NCBI GenBank assembly: GCA_947623705.1 | Contig: CANQHT010000001.1 | Location: 1 to 37,394 of the forward strand | DNA from: an uncultured Bacilli bacterium | GTDB lineage: Bacteria; Bacillota_I; Bacilli_A; RF39; UBA660 | Direction of reading: 5' to 3' | DNA length: 37,394 bases | In this document: one piece after another, positions 25,710-33,711 of the stretch | Layout: each line of letters opens with the position of its first letter | How positions within the stretch are numbered: position 1 is the first letter of the stretch | Made by a program: the position numbers and the translations under genes | Notes under the pieces: generated by a model | Databases searched by the model: none | What the model saw: the letters and a program-made list of their open reading frames with translations, nothing else | Told to the model about the DNA's origin: nothing

Positions 25710-25916
25710 ATGGAAAATATAGATAAAGTACCAGCTAAAATAATCGAAAGAGAAATAAGTATTAAATTACTAGCCTATTTAAAAGAGAAAAATACTATTG
25801 ATGAGGGAATGTATAATTTTTGTATTAGTAAATTAATAAAAAAGCAAGAATTAGAAAAAAATAAAATTAATGCCGATTATATAAAAAATTCAGATAATTA
25901 TAAAATCTTAAATTAG
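25710..25916 (+). CDS. small hypothetical protein upstream of the recombinase
   Basis: 68-aa ORF with an AAAGGA RBS, 9 nt before the recombinase start. No recognised motif. Confidence 0.5.
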   Translation: MENIDKVPAKIIEREISIKLLAYLKEKNTIDEGMYNFCISKLIKKQELEKNKINADYIKNSDNYKILN

Positions 25917-25925
25917 GGAATCTTT

Positions 25926-27587
25926 ATGGACTTATATACTGTTAGAAATAATATTATGCAAGGTGTACCATTACAAGAATTAAATTTAAGAGTTTGTTTT
26001 TATGCTCGAGTATCAACTGATAAAGATGAACAATTACATTCTTTATCTAATCAAATATCTTTCTTTAATGATTATATTAATAAAGTACCAAATTGGAAAT
26101 TTATTGGATCTTATATTGATGAAGGAATATCCGGGACACAAGTTAAGAAACGGGAAGAATTTTTAAGAATGATTGAAGATGCTAAAAAACATAAATTTGA
26201 TTTGATACTAACAAAAGAAATATCTAGATTTTCTAGAAGTACTTTAGATAGTATTATGTATACCCAAGAGCTTTTAGCTAATGGAGTAGGAGTATATTTT
26301 TTAAATGATAATATTAATACGATATTACCGGATTCGGAATTAAGACTGACAATGATGTCTTCAATTGCCCAAGATGAAGTAAGAAGACTTTCGGAAAGAG
26401 TTGCTTTTGGGATGAAGAGAAGCATTGATAATGGCGTAGTATTAGGTTGTTCAAATATTTATGGTTATGTAAAAGATAATGGAAAATTAGTAATTGATGA
26501 AGAACAAGCAAAAATGATTAAAATAATATTTGATCGGTATGCAAATACCAATGATGGGTTATCTAAAGTATCAAAACACTTATATAGTTTAGGTTATAAA
26601 AGTCGAACTGGTAAAAGAATTGATCCTACAATACTTACAAGAATTATCGAAAATCCAAAATATAAAGGTTATTATTGTGGACATAAATCAAAAGTCTTAG
26701 ATTATCGTACTAAACAAAAGAAAAAGTTAAATGAATCGGAGTGGGTAATGTATAAAGATGAAGAGTCAGTTCCTCCTATAGTATCTGAAGAATTATGGAA
26801 CATAGCTAATATTAAATTAAAACAAAGACAAGATAGTTTTACTAATAGAGTTGTTAATAAGCTGGTTTTTCAAAATAGATATCCTTACTCTGGAAAAATA
26901 TATTGTGGTTGTCACAAGGTAACTTATCATCGTTCAAGTGCAGGAAAAAGAAAAAATAATCCTGTTTGGGAATGTCAAATATATCGCAAAGAAAGTTTAA
27001 AAGGTTGTTCTAATCCAAGGATTTTTGAAAGAGAATTAGATATTATATTTAAAGATATGTTTAATAAATTATTTAAAAGAAGAAATAATATTTTTAATGA
27101 AATATTGAGTGAATGTAAAAACTATTTAGAAACTAATAATAATGCTATGGAAATAAAAAATTTAGAATCAAAGATATTAGTTTTAAATAATAAAAAAGAT
27201 AAATTATTAGAACTAGTTATGGAAGAATACTTATCTAAAGATGATTATCAAAGACAAGTTTATTTAATAAATAACAATTTAAAAATATATCAAAATAAAT
27301 TAGATAAATTAAAAAGTAATAAAAAAGATAAAAATTATATTGTGAATAAAATTAAAGAAATCAATAATGTTTTAGAAAATTGTTTAGATGATCCGGAATG
27401 TTATAGTAATATATTTAATGCACTAATTGATAGAATAATTGTTTATAAAAAAGAAGACAAGGAAATTAAATTAGATATTTATATTAAGACAGGAGAATGT
27501 ATATCTACGACTTCTTTTAATTTAGGTAAAAAGTTTCATTTATTAGACACCGATACAACAAATTACCGCGGTATCAGCCGTTATTAA
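25926..27587 (+). CDS. large serine recombinase
   Basis: CFYARVSTDKDEQ..SLSNQ (catalytic Ser region), TKEISRFSRS, the recombinase domain, a Cys-rich zinc ribbon (CGCH...WECQ) and a long coiled-coil C-terminus. Confidence 0.95.
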   Translation: MDLYTVRNNIMQGVPLQELNLRVCFYARVSTDKDEQLHSLSNQISFFNDYINKVPNWKFIGSYIDEGISGTQVKKREEFLRMIEDAKKHKFDLILTKEISRFSRSTLDSIMYTQELLANGVGVYFLNDNINTILPDSELRLTMMSSIAQDEVRRLSERVAFGMKRSIDNGVVLGCSNIYGYVKDNGKLVIDEEQAKMIKIIFDRYANTNDGLSKVSKHLYSLGYKSRTGKRIDPTILTRIIENPKYKGYYCGHKSKVLDYRTKQKKKLNESEWVMYKDEESVPPIVSEELWNIANIKLKQRQDSFTNRVVNKLVFQNRYPYSGKIYCGCHKVTYHRSSAGKRKNNPVWECQIYRKESLKGCSNPRIFERELDIIFKDMFNKLFKRRNNIFNEILSECKNYLETNNNAMEIKNLESKILVLNNKKDKLLELVMEEYLSKDDYQRQVYLINNNLKIYQNKLDKLKSNKKDKNYIVNKIKEINNVLENCLDDPECYSNIFNALIDRIIVYKKEDKEIKLDIYIKTGECISTTSFNLGKKFHLLDTDTTNYRGISRY

Positions 27588-28218
27588 TGGAGGTAATTTA
27601 TATACCCCTTATGTGGTATCTTCCATTATTGATGATAGTAGTAAATCAATTATTTATGAAAATAAACCGCAGGTTAAAAGAAGTGTCATTAGTAAAGAGA
27701 CAAGTGCAACGGTTAGATTTGCTTTAGAAAGTGTAGTTGCGAATGGTACCGGAAAGAATGCCTATATTGAAAATTACCGGGTTGGGGGTAAAACGGGAAC
27801 GGCGCAAAAGGTTAGTAATGGTAAATATATGGTTGGTAATTATATTTTATCTTTTATTGGTTTTTTACCGGCGAATGACCCGGAAGTAATTGTTTATGTC
27901 GCCGTGGATAACCCCAAAGGCGTAACGCAATATGGGGGAACGGTATCCGCTCCAATTGCAAGAAGTATTATGATGAGTGCCATTGAAACTTTGAAGATCA
28001 AAGAACAAAGTGGTGGTATGCTTAAAGAATATAGTTATTTAGATGTTAAATATTTACAAGTACCTGATGTGGTGGGGATGACTAAAGAAGAAGCAACAAA
28101 GGCTTTAAAAGAATTTAAAGTTAAATATAGTGGTACAGGAAGTAAAGTCGCTTTTATGTCACCAAAGGCTAATACTTTTCAAAGTGTTGAAACTACTATA
28201 ACTTTACTTTTAAATTAA
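27567..28218 (+). CDS. class B PBP, C-terminal fragment (KTG motif plus one PASTA domain)
   Basis: AVSAVINGGNLYTPYVV..., GGKTGTAQ (KTG at 27790-27798), and PASTA (VPDVVGMTKEEATKAL...). It has no start codon of its own at the homology boundary. Confidence 0.9.
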
Positions 28219-28336
28219 AGATAAGCATATTATTTAGTAATAATTAGTTAAATTATTGTAAATTTTTGTCAAACAAGAAATAAACTACTAATTTTAAAGG
28301 CATATTTGTTGTATAATAAAAAGAGAGGTGGAATAT

Positions 28337-29329
28337 ATGTTAATACTAGCAAAAGCAGCGATGGCTATGATGTTAGGTTTTACTTTAGCCATAGCAAGTG
28401 GTCTCATTTTTATTCCCTTACTAAGAAGATTAAATATTGGTCAAACAGTAAGTAGAGAAATTAATAAAAGACATTTACTTAAAGAGGGAACACCCACAAT
28501 GGGGGGAATTATCTTTATTTTTCCCGTTATTCTTTCTTTAATTTTATTATATATCAATGGTAGTATTTCAATAAGTTATAATATTGCAATTGTTGTCTTT
28601 GTCTTTTTAGCCTATGCTCTTTTAGGAGGCATTGATGATTATTTAAAAATTAAATTTAAAAATAATGCCGGTTTAAGTATTGTCACCAAATTTTTAATTC
28701 AAATGTTTATTGCCTTAGTCTTCTTTTATTTATTTATGCGGGGTGGTGGTAATTCAACTTTAGTTTTCTTTGCGTTAAAAATAACCATTCCTTTAGGTTG
28801 GATGTTTGGTTTATTTATTTTGTTTCTTTTAGTTGGTACTACTAATGCGGTAAATATCACAGATGGCTTAGATGGTCTTGCGGGAGGACTTTCAGCGATT
28901 GCTTTCCTTGCTTACGGAATTATTTCTTGGAATTGTGGTTGGCTTGAAGGTTATCAAGAAATTGCAATATTCTGTTTTATTTTAGTCGGGGCTTTACTGG
29001 GCTTCCTAGTTTACAATTCCCATCCAGCCAAAGTCTTTATGGGTGATTTAGGTTCACTTTCTCTAGGTGGAGCATTAGCTACTATTGCAATATTAACTCG
29101 TCACGAGTTATCTTTAGCCATTATTGGGGGCGTATTTGTTATTGAAACATTAAGTAGTTTTATTCAAATAATAAGTATTCGGAAGTTTAATAAAAAGATA
29201 TTCTTAAAAGCACCTTTGCATCATCATTTTGAAGAATTAAAATGGAATGAAAATGATATTGTAAAATTATTTTATGTGGTTGGTTTGCTTCTTGCAATGG
29301 CCGCGATTACTTATGGTGTTTGGTTGTAA
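28337..29329 (+). CDS. mraY: phospho-N-acetylmuramoyl-pentapeptide-transferase
   Basis: KEGTPTMGG, NAVNITDGLDGLA, MGDLGSLSLGG, HHHFE. Confidence 0.95.
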   Translation: MLILAKAAMAMMLGFTLAIASGLIFIPLLRRLNIGQTVSREINKRHLLKEGTPTMGGIIFIFPVILSLILLYINGSISISYNIAIVVFVFLAYALLGGIDDYLKIKFKNNAGLSIVTKFLIQMFIALVFFYLFMRGGGNSTLVFFALKITIPLGWMFGLFILFLLVGTTNAVNITDGLDGLAGGLSAIAFLAYGIISWNCGWLEGYQEIAIFCFILVGALLGFLVYNSHPAKVFMGDLGSLSLGGALATIAILTRHELSLAIIGGVFVIETLSSFIQIISIRKFNKKIFLKAPLHHHFEELKWNENDIVKLFYVVGLLLAMAAITYGVWL

Positions 29330-29379
29330 ATAAAAAATAAAAGGGGGTTTTATTTACGAAAAAAGGCATTGATAAACCT

Positions 29380-30441
29380 TTGTTAATTATGGTAATTTTA
29401 ATTGCTATCTTTGGACTTATAATGATTTATTCAGCAAGTTATGTCTGGGCCAGTTATAAATTCCAAGATCCTTTTAAATTTGTCAAAATGCAAGGTTTAT
29501 TTTTTATTGTTGGTTTAGTTTTAATGTATTTTTTAGCCAAACTAGATTATCATATCTATTATAAATATGCCAATATTATTTTACTTATCTGCGCTATTTT
29601 ACTTATTTTAGTTTTAATACCCGGTATAGGAAGTGTCCGTAATGGTAGTAGAAGTTGGTTTGGAATAGGGTCTTTAGGTATTCAACCGAGTGAGTTTGCG
29701 AAAATTGGCTTAATTATCTATGTTTCTAAATATTTAACCAATAATGAACGGATTATGAAAAGTATTGTTAAAGGGGTTTTACCTATTTTAGGAGTTATTG
29801 GTTTTTTCTTTATTTTAATTATGTTAGAACCTGATTTTGGAACCGCTATGGTTATTGTCTTAACTTTAGTAGTCTTAATATTTGTAAGTGGCGTTAAAAT
29901 ATCCTTTTTTGTTAAAATTGGTTTAACTGGTTTACTTGGAATAGTAGGCATTATTATCGCCGCTCCTTACCGGATGAAGCGAATAGTTAGTTTCATTAAC
30001 CCTTGGAGTGATCCTTTAGGTAGTGGATATCAAATTTTACAAAGTTTATATGCCATTGGCCCTGGTGGTTTACTTGGGCAAGGTTTCTTAAAATCCCGTC
30101 AGAAATTTTTCTATTTACCGGAACCCCAAACGGATTTTATCTTTTCCATTATTAGTGAAGAATTAGGTTTTTTAGGAGTCCTCATTGTAACAATGGCTTT
30201 CTTTATTATTTTTTATCGGGGTATTAGTATTTCTTTAAAAAGTAATGATTTGTTTGGAAAATATTTAGCCTTTGGTCTTTGTTTTGGTTTAATTGTCCAA
30301 GCAAGTCTTAATCTCATGGTAGTTGTTGGTCTTATTCCAGTTACCGGTGTAACACTTCCTTTCTTAAGTTATGGCGGTTCTTCTTTACTTGTTAGTATGG
30401 CCAGTATTGGGATTATTTTAAATATTTCTAGAAATAGTTGA
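29380..30441 (+). CDS. SEDS family peptidoglycan glycosyltransferase (FtsW/SpoVE/RodA-like)
   Basis: EPDFGTA, PEPQTDFIFS, LPFLSYGGSS. The N-terminus is uncertain, because homology seems to extend upstream of the TTG at 29380. Confidence 0.9.
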   Translation: MLIMVILIAIFGLIMIYSASYVWASYKFQDPFKFVKMQGLFFIVGLVLMYFLAKLDYHIYYKYANIILLICAILLILVLIPGIGSVRNGSRSWFGIGSLGIQPSEFAKIGLIIYVSKYLTNNERIMKSIVKGVLPILGVIGFFFILIMLEPDFGTAMVIVLTLVVLIFVSGVKISFFVKIGLTGLLGIVGIIIAAPYRMKRIVSFINPWSDPLGSGYQILQSLYAIGPGGLLGQGFLKSRQKFFYLPEPQTDFIFSIISEELGFLGVLIVTMAFFIIFYRGISISLKSNDLFGKYLAFGLCFGLIVQASLNLMVVVGLIPVTGVTLPFLSYGGSSLLVSMASIGIILNISRNS

Positions 30442-30453
30442 AAAATATTAAAC

Positions 30454-30512
30454 ATATTTTCCTATAGAAAAACATATAGTCAAAATTTCAGTTATATTTT
30501 CCTATAGAAAAA
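30454..30512. promoter_or_regulatory. two copies of a 19-nt near-palindromic box (candidate operator)
   Basis: ATATTTTCCTATAGAAAAA occurs at 30454-30472 and 30494-30512, 40 bp apart. The core TTTTCCTATAGAAAAA is a 7/8 palindrome. Confidence 0.35.
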
Positions 30513-30597
30513 TATAGCCAATATAAAAAAACAAATCAAAAAAATATTGTAAAAAATAATAAAAAAATATATACTTATTATAGTAAGAGGAGTAAAG

Positions 30598-31704
30598 ATG
30601 AAAAAGAAGTTGTTAATTATTTTGGGATTAGTTTTAGGAGTTTTTAGTATAACATTTTTTACTTGTAAAAACTTTTTAACACATGCTTATAAAACTTACG
30701 ATAATAATCCTAATATGAAAGAAAAAGTTAAAACTAAAGAAAGTGAGAAAACAGAAGATAGTAACATTAAAGAAGATGTTATTGAAAATGAAGAAGAATT
30801 AAATAATAGTACTTCACAAGAAGATAATAATCAAGAAAATGTAGATACAACAGAAGATAAAACTACTACTAAAGAAGAAAATACAAAGACTGAGACACCT
30901 GTAAAAGAAAATAATACTACGCAAAGCAAGACAAATACTAATACAACTACGGTAAAAGAAGATACTACTAAAAAAGAAACTACAACTGAAAGTAAGAAGA
31001 CCGAAACAAATACAAATTCAAATACTAGTACAACTCCAAGTACAAGTACTAACACAAATACGAGTACAACTACCGAGTCTAAAAAAGAAACTAAAACTTT
31101 AGTAAATACGGAAGAAGTTACCGAAAAAGAATTAAAAAGTGAAAAATATGGGACAAAGTTTTATACTGAAAAACATTATACATTAAGTTCTTATAGTGAT
31201 GGTACAACTGAAAAAGAATTAAGTTTTACAATATCAACTGTAATGGACGTTAGTGGTTTTAATGGAACGGCCGCAAGTATGATGGATGAAGCTAAAGCTT
31301 TAGTGGAAGAAAATATGCCAAAATATAATGAATTATTAGCAATAGTTAATGGTTATCGGGCAGAAAAAGGAGCAAGTCCTTTAGAGTTAGATGAAAATTT
31401 AACTATCGCTGCTACCATAAGAGCTATGGAAATGGCCTATACCAATGATATGAATCATACTAGACCTAATGGTAATAGTTGTTTTGATATTTTTGAAGAA
31501 TTAGGAGTTCCACCAATGTATACTGCTGGCGAAAATATTGCAGCTGGGTATTTTACTCCGCAATTAGTAGCAGAAGGTTGGAAAAAATCTCCTGGCCATT
31601 ATAGTAATATGATAAATGCTAATTTTAAAAAGATTGGTTTAGGAATGATGCGTTTACAAGGAACCACATATGGTATTTATTGGGCGCAAATGTTTACTAG
31701 TTAA
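30598..31704 (+). CDS. secreted CAP/SCP (YkwD-like) domain protein with a T/N/E/K-rich linker
   Basis: Signal/TM segment, low-complexity linker, and C-terminal NGYRAEKG...GENIAAG...GWKKSPGHYSNM. Confidence 0.8.
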   Translation: MKKKLLIILGLVLGVFSITFFTCKNFLTHAYKTYDNNPNMKEKVKTKESEKTEDSNIKEDVIENEEELNNSTSQEDNNQENVDTTEDKTTTKEENTKTETPVKENNTTQSKTNTNTTTVKEDTTKKETTTESKKTETNTNSNTSTTPSTSTNTNTSTTTESKKETKTLVNTEEVTEKELKSEKYGTKFYTEKHYTLSSYSDGTTEKELSFTISTVMDVSGFNGTAASMMDEAKALVEENMPKYNELLAIVNGYRAEKGASPLELDENLTIAATIRAMEMAYTNDMNHTRPNGNSCFDIFEELGVPPMYTAGENIAAGYFTPQLVAEGWKKSPGHYSNMINANFKKIGLGMMRLQGTTYGIYWAQMFTS

Positions 31705-31718
31705 AAAGAAGGATAAGT

Positions 31719-33029
31719 ATGAAATTAGATAAAAAATTTATAATTATTGGTATATTATTAATTATTGCTTTAGCTCTAGGTTTATCTTTCTTTTTTCTAC
31801 ATGATAAAAATGAAGAAAAAGAAGAATTACCTACGACTACAACCGAAAATAAAGTAGTTTATCTTATGTTAGATGACCTATTTAAAATAGAATATACTAA
31901 AGAATATGGTATTTGTAATGGTCCAGTTTGTACTAGTACTAAAATTTTAACCAATGTTACAAACTATGAAATATTAATAGAGAATAATGCCATTTATAAT
32001 GATTTAGATAAAAAGAATAAAAGCATTGAAGATTTTATTTTAGATATTTATAATGTTAGTAAAGAAAATGAAGTTAGTTTAGAAGAAATTAATATTTATA
32101 CTAATGATGATTTTACGAAAGATGATTTAGATGAAGCATTAAAAGATAAAGTAAATATTAATTATGAAGATAAATTAAATGAAGAAGAAATTATTAATGC
32201 GAATAAAGTAAAAGAATATCAAGTCATATTTAATAGTAATGGTGGGTCCATAGTGGAAAGTCAAAAAGTAAAAGAAAATGACTTAGTAGTTAAACCAGAT
32301 GATCCTGAAAGAGATGGTTATACTTTTGTTGAGTGGCAATTAAATGATAAAAAATATGATTTTAAAACGAAAGTTACCAGTGATACTACTTTAAAAGCTA
32401 CTTGGGAAAAAAAGAAAACGAGTAGTACCACAACTACAAAACCTAGTACAACAACGCCAACTAAAAACTATGAATCAACGATAGATAAAATAAATTTAAA
32501 TGAAGCTATTTTGATTAAAGATAATTTTTATCGTTATGGGGAAGTAGATTGCTATTATTTTGTTACCAATTTTGCTGAAGTATTTCCTAATTTAGCGGGT
32601 GAATATTATATAAGAGTAATTGATGATGGAAGTATAAATTATGAAAGTAATTATGATTTATTAATGTCACAATGGGAAGAAGGCTTTAAAAAATTTACTT
32701 TTGATACAGAAAAAGAAGCAAATGCTTTAAATGTTTTAAAAACCCTAACTGATACAACGTATAAAGGAATGATTTTTACGGGTGGATTAAGTGAAGATAA
32801 TCATGGTTTATATTACCGTTATCGTAATTTAACTATTGAAGATAAAGATTTTACTAGTTTAAAAAGTAGCATTGATCAAACATATAATGATGTTGTAAAT
32901 AAATTAAATGTCTTAAGAGGAGGTATTTTAGTCGAATTTCCTAATGGCTCTGGTGGTTATGATGATGTTAAAAAATTATTAACAGAAGATGTATGTGAAG
33001 ATTATAATTTAGTTTGTAGTAGATGGTAA
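31719..33029 (+). CDS. membrane-anchored protein with a Listeria-Bacteroides (Flg_new) repeat
   Basis: N-terminal TM helix, plus VIFNSNGGSIVESQ...DGYTFVEWQ...TLKATWEKK. Confidence 0.7.
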   Translation: MKLDKKFIIIGILLIIALALGLSFFFLHDKNEEKEELPTTTTENKVVYLMLDDLFKIEYTKEYGICNGPVCTSTKILTNVTNYEILIENNAIYNDLDKKNKSIEDFILDIYNVSKENEVSLEEINIYTNDDFTKDDLDEALKDKVNINYEDKLNEEEIINANKVKEYQVIFNSNGGSIVESQKVKENDLVVKPDDPERDGYTFVEWQLNDKKYDFKTKVTSDTTLKATWEKKKTSSTTTTKPSTTTPTKNYESTIDKINLNEAILIKDNFYRYGEVDCYYFVTNFAEVFPNLAGEYYIRVIDDGSINYESNYDLLMSQWEEGFKKFTFDTEKEANALNVLKTLTDTTYKGMIFTGGLSEDNHGLYYRYRNLTIEDKDFTSLKSSIDQTYNDVVNKLNVLRGGILVEFPNGSGGYDDVKKLLTEDVCEDYNLVCSRW

Positions 33030-33033
33030 TTAT

Positions 33034-33062
33034 TTGACATAATCATACATATTATTTATAAA
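33034..33062 (+). promoter_or_regulatory. sigma-A type promoter upstream of lemA
   Basis: TTGACA, 17 nt, TATAAA. Confidence 0.5.
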
Positions 33063-33120
33063 TATAAATTGCAAATAAAAAATAAATATGCTATTATCTA
33101 ATTATAGAGGAGGAATAAAT

Positions 33121-33675
33121 ATGCCAGTTTGGTTAATTGTTGTTATTGTTGTATTAGTCTTACTTGTTTTATATGTTGTTAGTGTTTACAATAGTTTGGT
33201 TTCTTTAAGAAATAAAGTTAATGACCAATATAGTCAAATTGATGTGGAATTAAAAAGAAGATTTGATTTAGTACCTAACTTAGTTGAAACAGTTAAAGGC
33301 TATACTAAACATGAAAAGACAACTTTAGAAGATATTGTTAAAGCGAGAAATACTTATGCCAATGCCGGAAACATGCAAGATCAATTAAAAGCTGATGGAG
33401 AACTTACGAATGCTATTAGTAAATTATTTGCGCTTGCGGAATCTTATCCAGATTTAAAGGCAAATGAGAACTTTATTAACTTACAAAATGAACTATCAGA
33501 AATTGAACAAAAAATTGTTTATGCTAGACAATTTTACAATGATTCAGTTCTTAAGTTAAATAATAAAATTGAAATGTTCCCATCAAATATTATTGCGGGT
33601 ATGTTTAATTTTAGCAAAAAAGAATTCTTTGAAGCTTCTAATGAAGAACGTGCAAACGTTAAAGTTAAATTTTAA
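33121..33675 (+). CDS. lemA: LemA family protein
   Basis: TM helix, then YNSLVSLRNKV...IDVELKRRFDLVPNLVETVKGY. GAGGAGG RBS. Confidence 0.9.
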   Translation: MPVWLIVVIVVLVLLVLYVVSVYNSLVSLRNKVNDQYSQIDVELKRRFDLVPNLVETVKGYTKHEKTTLEDIVKARNTYANAGNMQDQLKADGELTNAISKLFALAESYPDLKANENFINLQNELSEIEQKIVYARQFYNDSVLKLNNKIEMFPSNIIAGMFNFSKKEFFEASNEERANVKVKF

Positions 33676-33697
33676 GGCATTATTAAATGCCTTTTTT
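33674..33697 (+). terminator. hairpin with T-run between lemA and the DUF2207 gene (partial terminator?)
   Basis: AAGGCATT-atta-AATGCCTT, then TTTT. Confidence 0.5.
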
Positions 33698-33711
33698 AAG
33701 GTTGTGATTTA

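Larger units (their letters stand above)
12751..27566. mobile_element. 14,816-bp serine-recombinase-borne integrated element interrupting the PBP gene
   Basis: PBP homology breaks at 12750 and resumes at 27567. The junctions share CAA(C/A)TTAC. A large serine recombinase sits at the right end. No phage or conjugation genes are present. Confidence 0.8.

Noticed and set aside
12751-27566. Whether the inserted element is a prophage or an ICE/IME.
   Set aside because: It has no terminase, portal, capsid, tail, lysis, relaxase, coupling-protein or T4SS genes. All the cargo is metabolic or regulatory. It is best described as a recombinase-borne genomic islet or intervening element.
30830-31080. 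An apparently repetitive ACT/ACA/AAT-rich DNA stretch, as a possible tandem repeat or CRISPR-like array.
   Set aside because: It is in-frame low-complexity coding sequence (a T/N/S/E/K linker) of the CAP-domain protein. It has no regular repeat/spacer periodicity.
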